In this document: positions 10,900 to 21,945 of the stretch, piece by piece
Numbering within the stretch: the first letter of the stretch is position 1
Layout of the letters: each line of letters begins with the position of its first letter
Notes under the pieces: model-generated
Seen by the model: only the letters and a program-made list of their open reading frames with translations
What the model was told of the DNA's origin: nothing
The model's database searches: none
Made by a program: the position numbers and the translations under genes
Assembly: GCA_050575255.1 (NCBI GenBank)
Contig: JBNZDD010013730.1
Location: forward strand, 8,898,381-8,962,380
Source of the DNA: Harriotta raleighana
Taxonomy: Eukaryota
Length of the DNA: 64,000 bases
Direction: 5' to 3'

Positions 10900-12590
10900 A
10901 AAGGCATGTGCAACCCGCTCCAGTATTTCTCAAAGTTGTTGTAAAGAAACTGAAGCTTCAGCCTGCAAAACACCAATCTCGGCAGCAGGACTCGGTCAGG
11001 GTAACGACAAAGGGAAGCAGAGCCCTTAGGTGAATGCAAAAGTCTTTTAAAAGTGGTCCTGGAAGCTTACTCGGAGCAAGCTAGGACTGCAACATAGGCA
11101 ACTCGCGGCCGAGCGCACGGCATGAAGCTAGGAAAGTCATCAGAAGAATGAAGCGGGATAAATGGGCTGTGTCACTCCCAAACGCACAGGGACAATCTCA
11201 ACATTATGCGCTGTTGGAGTCTGACCCCAATAGGCCGTAGCAGAGACCCATCTGCATGGAGGCTGGAAGAGCTGGCGGGAAATGTGAACCGGATTGAAGG
11301 CCTTATTGACCGAATCCCCAGTTAGACTTCGCACTGTGGCACTGTTGTCATTGGCAAGGTAGCTGGTGGGGACGGCATCAATGCCGAATTCCTAAAGTGG
11401 CTCGGAGGAAGGAGATAGAGAACGGGGAGAATCTTCCGGTCCAAGCCAGGAACCTCCAACTAATCTTGGTGCTTCCCTCCTACCTCTGGGTCAACAGGAC
11501 TCTCTCTGAGGCACACACACTGTCTGTGGTGTCTATCCACAGAAAGGGTGATCTGAGTGAAACCAATATCTACAGAGGGATCTCGCTGATTTCAGTGGCT
11601 CTTAAAGTGAGGCTTTGGATAGTGATGTATATCACATGCATTTGGAGGCTCAGAGGTTTGATGAGGAAGTAGCAGGCTGGCTTCTCATGATATATGAGAT
11701 CCCGTTCTCGTGAGAAATGTGTGGGACAAGCTGTGGCTCTGTATAAAATTGTGGAAGCCATAAGGCTAGGAGGAAACCCACTTACATTGTGTTCATCGAC
11801 GTTCGCAAGACTTTAAACCTAGTGCCTCATGAGCTCCTCATGATGAAGCTGGAAGCCCTGGGAATACATGGCCGAATCCTGGATTTTATGTGGAATGTGT
11901 ACTCCGGGTTCAAGATCAACATATGTGGAGTCCTGTAGCTCCACAGCTACAGTGGTTAGAGCACTTGCCTCACTAGTGAGAGACCTGGGTTTGATTCCAG
12001 GCAGGGCAAGTTTCCTTACTCCACACGCCTGATAATAATCCCTCAACATAAAACAATAATGAATTGGTCATTTCAATCCAATGTGCGGGACACTGCTGTG
12101 CGCAATTGGCTGCTGGGTTTCGCCCACAAATACACAGCCAATTCATTTTATAGCATATTCTGTGAAGCGCTTTGAGACGTCTAGAAGAAATGAAAAGCGC
12201 TACTGTATATCAAATGCAAGGATTATTATTATCAGTGTAAGGCTCGAAAGTGAACCCTTCCCTCTGGAAATGGGGTGTAAGGATAGTAAGGATATTCCTT
12301 GCTGGATGAGTAGTAGGAATGTTTAGACAGCACTATCAAGGGCAAGCTTTGTGGTTTTTGCTGGTTAAACTCCAGTGGTACTCTAAAGTACACTCTGGGA
12401 TCCCCAAGCCTTGGCTCTTGCCAAATCGCGCCTAACACTTTGAAGAATTAGATAAATAGGATGCGTCCCTCCAGGGAGAGAGTGCGCATTCAATCCCAAC
12501 AATCTTCCTCTGGGATTTCTGCGTGTGGGTGGGATACATGGAATTCCTAGCTTGGTTTGGCTACTCTTAAGCACAGTGATGGGTTTCCCA
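10900..12590 (+). mobile_element. Decayed non-LTR retrotransposon reverse-transcriptase fragment (RTE/RTEX-like, clade uncertain), interrupted by a SINE
   Basis: Across frameshifts: KVAGGDGINAEFLK, VVSIHRKGDLSETNIYRGISLISVALK, QAGF..RSREKCVGQAVALYKIV, PTYIVFIDVRKTLNLVPHELLMMKLEALGIHGRILDFMWNVYSG, SVRLESEPFPLEMG. GC-richer than flanks. Ends approximate. Confidence 0.85.
11925..12232 (+). mobile_element. Near full-length young tRNA-derived Deu-type SINE nested in the RT relic
   Basis: tRNA-like head (gtggttagagc A-box, ggtttgattcc B-box), Deu-like core gggacactgctgtgcgcaattggctgc, tail aagcgctttgagacg...caaatgcaaggattattatt. Confidence 0.92.
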
Positions 12591-12890
12591 GCTAAAGTAA
12601 ATAATAATAATAACCCTTAAATTGATATAATGCTCTCCACATCTTATCGACATCTCAAAGCTGACCAAAAGAAGAAAAAGCAGGATTTCACTAGAAGCAA
12701 TGCCTGAAAGTTTTGAGAGCATTGCCTGCTTTTCTTCTTGGATGCTAAATGAACTCGGGTTATAAAAGTTAAGTTAACAGCCTTTTGAATCAATGTTGCT
12801 CCTTATTGCTTGAAGCTTTCAGGTACAATGAAGTACTACTTAGGGAGTTGTTCTGAGTTGATTTAATTCTGATGCAATGTTGTCTTTCAG

Positions 12891-13011
12891 GGCTGCTATG
12901 AAAGCGGTGCTGGTGCTTTTGCCCATTCTTGGGCTGACGTGGCTTTGTGGAGTGCTTGTTCCATTCTCTGTTGTAATGGCTTACATCTTCGTGATACTTA
13001 ATTCCTTGCAA
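12891..13011 (+). CDS. ADGRD2: Adhesion GPCR exon, TM6-ECL3-TM7 start: (R)AAMKAVLVLLPILGLTWLCGVLVPFSVVMAYIFVILNSLQ
   Basis: tctttcag| ... CAA|gtaagt, phase 2-0. LLPILGLTW and LNSLQ motifs. Confidence 0.96.
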
Positions 13012-13599
13012 GTAAGTGAAAGCTTCATCATTAGTCCGGGGGTCTTTAGAAGCATCAGAAAAGTGCTTTCCTACTGCGTCAGTTTACATATTGTTCAAAA
13101 ATGGTTGAATTAATAAATATTGTGCTCCTCAGTCAAACCAGTTTGATTTCCAAGCCCTTGCACTTCCAATGGAATGTCGTTCCAACCATGTCGTTAGTTT
13201 TCTCTCAACAGCAATCCATTCCAAGCAATGACAGTGTTCTGAAAATACATTGAGTTGTGCAGTAGCTGATAAATACTTGCAAGATAATTATTTTTGGAAG
13301 ATGAGCAACAAGATTGCACTGCGCAGTTAAGTTAAAACATAAGTGGAGTGTATCTTCATCGGTATTAGATGTAGCTGAGTTGCTCATTAGATTTGATTGC
13401 CATTGGGTGAAGGTGGGAGCTTCCAATAAAGCACAAAACTAAAGTAACTAACAACAGAAAATCGGATGATCATGCATGTTGTAAATAGATACAAGCACTC
13501 ACTCTGGATAGTGTGATGCTTGGTTGTAATTGTGCTCACAACGTGACATAGTCCTAATTCCCTGCATGGTGCTATTATTTCAACATCATACAGGAGTTT

Positions 13600-13900
13600 G
13601 TGAAATAACTGGTGAATTCATAGCGTGTCTTGTATTGTGGAGGGTCAGCAGTGACATAGTAGATCTGCATGATGTTATGCCAATCATCTCAGCATTAAGT
13701 AGGTTGCAGACTATGGCCTGCAGGCAGTTAGTATTTCTATTGCAGACTATGCTTTGTACATTGTGGTGTTTTGCTAATAATGCATCTATTATCAAACTGC
13801 TATGGATGGAATCTCTCCTGAATCTCATTCCTTCAGCCGCTCTGGGTTCTTACTGCAACTGGCCGTTGTTTCAAAGAGGTTTTTAAATGTTTGATGCAAG
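13600..13900 (-). mobile_element. Possible highly decayed LINE RT fragment
   Basis: Minus-strand GITSCRSTMSLLTL resembles the RT motif GFR..RST.DLL. Weak. Confidence 0.3.
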
Positions 13901-15491
13901 GATGTTTGTGGATAGAATAAAAATGTTGTTCTGAAATGATAAATAAACATGTATTGCTCCAATAGTTGTGGTACAAATCACTTGTGACTTCCTGGTCTAT
14001 TACTCACTAGCTAGTTATTAGCTAGTTCTGTCCCATATGAACTGATATAAATAATGTCGTTAATGTTAAAATACAGCTCGAGCAAAAAATCGTTATAACT
14101 AGGATTTTAAAAAAAATCATCAGTTCTTTAAGACTTGTTAGAGATTTTAATGGTATCACAAATGCTTGTTCTCACAAAACAATAATTGAATTGATTTCTG
14201 CTTTAGTTTTAGGAAAATAGATGTAAGGTTATGCTGAAGGTATAATTGTGGTGAAAGTGTACACGTGTTTTTTTCACATCGGTGAAATTTTTAATACCTT
14301 TTTAAATAGAGTTTTTGTAAATTCTGTTGCCAAATATTTGCTGTCTGGCCAGATCATCAGTGAATATCTAAACGGGAGCTTGAATCCTGACAAGGTGATG
14401 AAATCCCAATAAGATCCTGAGAGAATTGGAATATAATGAGTTGCTTATTCGCTCCCTGAGATAGATAAGGAATGTATGAGATACTTACTTTTGAGGTTGT
14501 TAAAATGGATTTTGCTTTTGGCTTTTTTTCCCCGTTTCAACATTCTGCTGATAAGCAAAATTCTTTTCTTTCTTCCCAGTGTAACCTTAAGTACTGAATT
14601 AATAAGAGAGAAGTTTCCCCATTTGTATTAAATAAAGGACGCATGAACAATTTGGATGAATCTAATGTTTGCTGAACTGTAATACAACAAAGTAGAGAGT
14701 ATGATTATATTGAATTTCTTGAAGAAGACCAGTGCTGCACCCTCATTAGATTAAGTTTATTTTTTCTGAGCTTTTTAATATTCTTACCCATTATATGCGG
14801 TATTACCAAAAAGAGTGGGGAAATAGGGAAAATGTCATAATTTATGAACCTTTGACCCTTTAACAGGGTGAATTACAGACTTTAGATGTTTATTTGATTT
14901 TTTTTAGAGCTAGTGAAAACTGGTTTATACTGTACTGTGATTTTTATGCCAATTTGGTGCACAAATCTTGACGAATCGGCGCAAAAAACGAACAAGCATA
15001 AGTCAGGGATAAGTTATAGAGATTCAAGATACAGACTGACTGCCAAGATTATCTTGAGGAGGAGGTCTTGCAATGAAATAGATCTCCACCAGTGTTCTAT
15101 GAGTGCAAGTGCAAATGGATCGACTCAAAACTGGCTCCTTAAAACCTCTTGGGTGGTCTAATAGACCAGCTCCTTGCTCTTTGGTAGCATTAAAAAGCAA
15201 CCTGCCTTCTTTGCGATACAAATGTAATATTGTTGTTGTTTGCTGGTTGGTGAATATTAATTGCACCTTCTTAGAGCTCTCCTTCTCCAGGCAAGAACCA
15301 ATGAATCTCTGTTCAATTGAGAGTGGAAATTGTAAACTGCTTTTCTATTGGAAGTGACAATGCTTCTTCTAGCGGCCTAGACCAAGCAAAACTATCTATA
15401 GGAAGATGAACAAGGAATTGCTAGTTCTGCACTACTGTTCGTAGCACTGGTAAATGTCTTTTCTTGTTGTTCATAATTACTAGTGTCAACC

Positions 15492-16065
15492 GAGTCAGTT
15501 GGTACTGCTCTTGCCTTACAGGCAGAAGGTGGTAGATCCAAGCTCCACATTGGGACTTTAGTCCTGTAGCTCAGTGGTTAGAGCACTCGCCTTACAAGTG
15601 AGAGACCTCGGTTTGATTAATAATCTCTCAAAAAAAAAAAAAAAAATTGGTCATTTCAATCCACAGTCAATTCACTTTACTGTATATTCTGTGAAGTGCA
15701 TGAGACGTCTCAAAGACATGAAAAGCGCTTTATCAAATGCAAAGATTATTTTTTATTATAAACGCATAGTCTAGGTTCATTGCAGTATTGGGGAACCCTG
15801 CTAGTATTGTCCTTCAGGTCTGGTTTGTCTGTTCAGCTGGACTTTAAAGATTCCATGCCTTATTCGAAGAGTAAACAGCATTTGTCCCAATATCATGGTC
15901 AACAATTCCTCAGATAAAATTGTTTATTACTTCGTGGCTGTTTCTTGATCATTGCTGTATGCAAATTGGCTGCTGTGTTGGCCCAGAAATGCCCAATCAT
16001 AACATTTTATAGTAAAATCCTGCGAAACACTTTGAGATATTTTGAAGACATGATAAAGCGCAAGG
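15492..16065 (+). mobile_element. Older SacSINE1/AmnSINE1-like Deu SINE containing a younger internally deleted SINE at 15560..15759
   Basis: Head gagtcagttggtactgctcttgcc..cagaagg. Body ctgttcagctggactttaaagattccatgc. Deu core gctgtatgcaaattggctgctgtgtt. Confidence 0.75.
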
Positions 16066-17348
16066 ATTGTTACATTCTTAATCGCTGCTATTGTTAAGTA
16101 TAATACAGTATTGGTTTGCACAGATGCAACTGGAAACTGTTACAGGCAGATTGATGTAATTGCCCTGGTACAGTTGATGAACAATACAGTGAATCATTGA
16201 AGTAACTGAGAATGACGCATTATTTACTGTTGATTTATTTTTATACTTGATTACAATAGCAGGGTTTTTTTTATTTTTAGTTTCCATGAATAATCTTACT
16301 TTTTAAAAATTGGCATTTTTCCATAGCTGTCTTTTCTTTCTCTTCTCGACAAAAAGAGTTGTTCTCTCCTTTGTTCAGTGCTCTTCTGAAAGTGCTTATA
16401 ACAGAAAATCCCTCCCATTGTGTGCTCAAACCACCAAGGTCCTTCCACAACTTCTCATAAGTGAAGAATAATGTGGGCTTGCTGTCAAGGTCACTAAATT
16501 AGCAGTGAATTGGAGGATGACTCCCTAGATGTTCAAGTTCACATTTCCATTATTTACCTACTTACAAAAAGAGTATACCTGTTATAAAGAAATGCCCTTG
16601 CCAACTTGACTATTGGTTACTTTAGCATAATTTGCATCATCTTGCATATATTGATCATGTGAATTTTAAAAAATCCTTTCTTATTTTCCTGACATTAGAT
16701 TGAGTCTTTACTACATTGACATAGAATGTAACTGCTCGGCTTGCAGTGTGATTCAATAAATGAATACATTTTACTGTATATTAATAATTCTTCTGAAAAG
16801 CTTCATTTCGCTTCCATTTTGCACCAGAGAAAGCATGTTTTACTCTGTAAATCTCTGATATGCTGCATATAAATTTATATGATTTGTTTTCTGACATCTA
16901 ATGGTGCAAATGTTCCGCAATGCCATTTATAGTCATTAGAGTGAGGAGAGGCCTTTATTCCATCAGTCTTGGATGGATTCACACCAAAAGATGAACGCAG
17001 TGTATATTCAACTGCACTACATATTCACATTCTCTTTTCTATTCTATGATTAATTTGGGAAAATAAGAACAATTAAAAATTATTTTCCGATGTATTGTAT
17101 ATTTGTTTTAACATAACATTTTGTTTTGGAACCATTATGTGCTGTGCCAATAGCAGCAATAAAATAATGATTTGATGCAAGGATATGGATTGAGGTACAA
17201 ATGCTTAATGCATTTCGGTCCAATTTTACATGAATGGATTAATTTTCCAGGCTCAAAATTGTGCAGCAAACCGTGCTTAGAAAATGACTTAAAGAACTCA
17301 TGTAGTCTGAAAGGTTTCTTGCAATATTATCAGAATTATATCTATATA

Positions 17349-17756
17349 CAGAAAAAGCTTGTTTATCCGGCACCCTCGTGACCTGACTGGTGCCAGTTAA
17401 TCAAATATGCCGGATATTCGAGAGGCAAGTTACCGAAAATTCTACACAAAAAATTTACTTATTTTAAAACATACCATATTAATTATAGACTAAATAATAA
17501 CAGAATATTGTATGGATGCTTACCAATAAAGCATTCCAGCACACTCGGTAAAATGATCGGTAAAATAAAACTTCCAGCGTTCGTTAAGTTTAATAAGTAC
17601 ACATGCGCACACATTGCACCCATGGGCAAAGTGAGCATACTCACGAGTGTCCCGGATGGCTCCGGTATGAGATCTGTTTGCTGGAATGGTGAATTGTAGT
17701 GGGTGATTGAGCATTTCGGTTGGTTGGTTGGGTGCTGTATGAACAAGCTTTCACTG
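17349..17756. mobile_element. Tc1/mariner (Tigger/pogo-like) non-autonomous DNA transposon (MITE), ~408 bp
   Basis: Left TA|cagaaaaagcttgtttatccggcaccc. Right gggtgctgtatgaacaagctttcactg|tgta (reverse complement cagtgaaagcttgttcatacagcaccc). 27-bp TIRs with 22/27 identity. Confidence 0.8.
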
Positions 17757-17761
17757 TGTAT

Positions 17762-18077
17762 ATAATAATAATAATTCTTGCATTTGATATAGCGCTTTTT
17801 GCATCTTATCGACATCTCAAAGCGCTTCACAGATGACAGATTCACTGTAAAGTGAATTGTCTATAGATTTGTGGGCGAAACGCGGCAGCCAATTGCGCAA
17901 AGCAGCGTCCCACAAACAGTCGTGGATTGAAATGACCAATTTTATTATTGTGTTTTTTTTTGGAGGGATTATTATTAGGCATGTGGAGTAAAGAAACTTG
18001 CCCAAGGTTTCGCCCTGATCTGCCTGGATTCGAACACAGGTCTCATGCTTGTAAGGCAAGTGCTCTAACCACTGAGC
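17762..18077 (-). mobile_element. Near full-length young Deu-type SINE
   Basis: Reverse complement of the 11925..12232 family with head, core and (att)n tail. CpGs well preserved. Confidence 0.92.
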
Positions 18078-18268
18078 AAATATATATGAGCGTGCCTGTG
18101 TGCTTGGCACTCATGTATGGTATAGAGGGAATCTGTATATATTGAAGCCAACAGGCCCTGACCAGGATGGGGATAAAGTAGTTAGCTTGGTGCTGGTGCT
18201 ACAGTGCCTGCTTTAACATAATGTTTTGTATTAGAACCATTTGTGTTGTGTGAAGAATATCACACATT

Positions 18269-18322
18269 GTGGATTCCTGTAACTCAGTGGTTAGAGTGGT
18301 CAAATGCAAGGATTATTATTAT
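18269..18322 (+). mobile_element. Minimal SINE remnant: 5' head fused directly to 3' tail
   Basis: gtggattcctgtaactcagtggttagagtgg + tcaaatgcaaggattattattat. Confidence 0.75.
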
Positions 18323-19275
18323 CAATAAAATACAATCTTCTGCTTTGCTAATATGCATTTGAAAATGTATTGATTTCCACTGGAATTTCTTAATATGGAA
18401 GCTTAATTGTACACAAAGAGATTTCTTCCAGTAACCAGAATTCTGACACTGACCCACATAAACTTTTTCAGTGTGTTCCACATCTATTATTTGGCAGAAA
18501 TTTAAAGGAATCCTTTTGGAAATATTGCATCTTGAACCCCAAATTGTCTAGCAAAATGAAAGACACTTTACAATACTGCACCTTTGTGGAGAATGTTTGA
18601 CAAACTCCTTACAGAGTAATTAATTGAATTTCAGGTGTCTGAATTTATGTTCAGGTTTCTGAATTTATGTTAGTTATTAGATATTTTTTGATGTTCATCA
18701 GTGTTGTACATTGTATTCAAGTTGTAAATGGACATTGGATGCAAAACAAATTTACAGGCGATAAATTTTTATGCATTCTTGTTGATGAATCAGTTTTCAT
18801 TTACTGTTTTGATTTTGTAGTAATTGAAAGTGGTACCATAAACATTTTCAGAGGATTTGTAATACTGAATTGGAATCAATAAAGTAATAAAATATGAATT
18901 TCACTGAAATATTTATATTGCCATTTACCAGCAGAAAAACAAACTCTTTGCACATTCACAGGGGAGTATTAGGCCTGGAACAGATCTCAGGCCCACCATT
19001 CTTTAGTCACGGATGAACTGCTATCAACTTGTGTTTCAAAGGGGAATTTTGTTTTGAGATTTCATAGACAGGCTGTAGTCCTGAATTGCCTTCCATTCAT
19101 AACTCTAGGGGCTTCCAAAGGACTATTTGGACCTTGGTTGTGTGGCTACACTTTGAAATTGATAGGGTTTATTCTAAATTTATTTTTCTCCCATCATCAG
19201 ATGCCGTTAGTCACACTTCCAGCTGAGTGTAGCTCGTTAACCTGGTCTTGTGTCTGGCCAATGCAACTCTCCATC

Positions 19276-19294
19276 TGGCCACCAGGAGGTACTA
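19276..19294 (+). promoter_or_regulatory. CTCF-like motif TGGCCACCAGGAGGTACTA
   Basis: 16/19 match to TGGCCACCAGGGGGCGCTA. Motif only. Confidence 0.4.
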
Positions 19295-21009
19295 GACAGC
19301 AGTTTGACAGTGCATTCCTTTGACTGTCAGGCCATTAACCTCCATGGGTGGGCAACTGGCTCCTGCTTAGCATCTCCCTCAAGTGATTTGGAGAAATTAA
19401 ACTTGGAGTCTATTCTGCTGCCGTGGTGTCCAGTTCTTGGTCATTAACCAGATTTAATTTAATTGGAGTTTTAGGAATGGTGAGGGATATGTCATCTCAC
19501 ACACAAAATCAGACACATAGAAAACTGGCAATATTATAAATGAGTCTCCAAGTCTGAGAAAATATCATGCAGGAAACCTTATTGAGTCATATTAAATGTT
19601 ATGTTTCTGACTCTTATGACTAATGCGAGTTTTATTATAGTGATGCAATATAATTATTACATTTTATTTAAAACTTATTCAGGGAAACATTTATTTCTCT
19701 ATTCAACAAAAAATAGAAGTAGTCACCCTGATAGAACTTATATGGAGATCCTTTACAATAATAATCATCATGCTTGCATTTGGTAAAGCACTTTATCACA
19801 TTATTAAGACACTTCAAAGTGCTTCAGAGAATATATTGTGAAGTGAATAGACTTTATTTATGAGGGCCAAAGAAAAAAAGTTACGGTTTAACGAAGAAAT
19901 CAATAAAAACATATAAATCATAAAATAAAATTAAAAAATACAACTTAATGATCAAAATCACACAAGGAAATGGCACTAAGAGTTGCAAAATCAATATGTT
20001 AACCGGGAATTGATTTCCAAGGTTGTTTAATCAACTCTTTATAATTACTGCTCCGCTCAAAGTATGTAGGTATGTATGTTTCGAAGTATCCAGTCAGCAA
20101 CTTTAACAATGTGTAAGAATGCTTCCTTTCAAGAACTTGCCATAAGATGGCAGCACTATCTCTTACTTGGCTCTATGGCTTTGTCACCCTGGATTTTTAA
20201 AGGAAACCTCGAGGTTCCACAAGAAATCGAGTTACTGTTTTTATCCTGGTTCTGTTTTTTTCTTGTTATTTCTCTTCTTCTGAAAACTTCTGATGTATAA
20301 ATGGTGTGTGGTAAATGAGTGAGGCAAAGTAGAGGCACCGGAACGAAAGGGCTTGTAGAACAGGGTGTGCTGTGATTAAGTAGAGATTTCGCTTGAAAAG
20401 CTGAAATGAATGGATGTGAAATTCAGGCATATTCATTCCCCAATGCTGATCAACAGAGGGTTCTTACCATTATGACTGATAATTCATTGTAGACCTCAGC
20501 TGTCTAGAAATGAAAAAATGAGATTTTCAACAATAAGACAATTTATTTGCATGCATTAGCAGCACCTGACAGCAAGTCACTGTGACCTTCCTAATTGTTA
20601 CAGAGCTCATTGTCAGCAATCTGTGGATGGTAGATGTTTTATAGAGGATAATGGATACCTGGAGGTGAATTACTACAGCCCAGTAATCCAGCCGAGGGCA
20701 AAGCTTCAGCAGTTTATGATTGCTCTCTGAACCCTGAGATTGGATCACTGAACTTAATATATCTTTGATATATCTGTTAGCATTTACTAAGGATTACTTT
20801 TCTTCCTATTTTGGTGGTTCATTTGTTTGACGTTAAGGTCTTGCAGTGTTGCCTTAATTTGAAAATATGTGCAGCATAGAACAAAGAGATATTGTTGAGA
20901 TAATCAGACGTCTTTTAATATTGGTAGTTTGTTTTTACTCCTGCAGAGAATTTTGGAGATATTCACTGTGTACATACATGTTATTAATAGAAGAATTTTA
21001 TTCTTCATA

Positions 21010-21396
21010 AAGAATAAAGTTTAAAATCCTTGTCCTTGCCTTCAAAGCCTTCCATGAANTTACTCTTTCCTATCTCTGTGACCTGCTAACACCATGTTGA
21101 CCTGTTCACTCCCTCCTCTCAGAGGCTCTGGTCTGCTCCACCATCAGCCTCTCTGCACCCACCCTTTGGAACTCCATCCCACAGTCCCTTTGAATTGCTC
21201 CCACCTTTGCCTTCTTCAAGGCATGTTTCAAGACCCTATTCTTCGGTCGCATCTTTGATCACCCTCCTACCTCTACCGTCCCTGCTCTCTATACCTCCTG
21301 ATTTCAACTCCTAGCTCGGGTCCAAATCCCTGACTGTTCAGCACCTTGGGACATCCTACCAACATGAAAGACGCTGTACAAATATAATTTGTTGTT
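21010..21396 (+). mobile_element. L2-clade LINE 3' end
   Basis: ORF2 C-terminal remnants FKILVLAFKAFH..LSYLCDLL, APTLWNSIPQSL, FKACFKTLFF. 3' UTR cagcaccttgggacatcc...tacaaatataatttgttgtt. Confidence 0.88.
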
Positions 21397-21878
21397 TTTG
21401 TTGTTTAGTTTTATAGAACTGTACTCAAATTTACAAATAATTATTCGATCACTGCCTGCACATTTGTACTGTATTTGTTTTAATTTATGTATTTCTTTTC
21501 CACCATATTTAAGGCCTAGACTTTTCAAAAGAGAATTTAGAAACATTTTTTCCATCCCACCTTTCGCCTGTATGTAATTTGTATTTTGTACATAGTTGCA
21601 CATCTGCCCCTGTAGCATTGGAAGTAATGTTCCTGCTGGACATTAAGACAGCAGCTTAATTGAGCATTGGATACAATTCGGTAAATCAAATCCAACATAA
21701 TTTAATTGGCCGCAAATGTTTTGTTGAACCTGTTAACATTACATTGGTGGTTTCCACTTGTGGTCTCCCATTGTAATATTGCAACCAATGGAGATTGTGA
21801 AACGGTAGCATAATTTAACCCACTCCAAAATATACAGTTTTATATACTTGATCTTTTAGGTACCAGTGAACTCTAGAT

Positions 21879-21945
21879 ACTTTCAGTGCTTTATCAGTGT
21901 ATACCCTTCCAGTACCAGAGTATACATTGACAAAGCACTGAAAGT
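21879..21945. repeat. Near-perfect hairpin: 29-bp arms, 9-nt loop
   Basis: actttcagtgctttatcagtgtataccct vs reverse complement of right arm actttcagtgctttgtcaatgtatactct, 26/29. Confidence 0.88.

Noticed and set aside
11925-12005. tRNA-like sequences at SINE heads (also 15560, 18000-18077, 47133, 59560-59626, 63550, 63846)
   Set aside because: They run into SINE body and tail and lack a complete cloverleaf, so they are not tRNA genes.
21059-21059. Single N bases (21059 and 52634)
   Set aside because: Assembly ambiguities, not biology.
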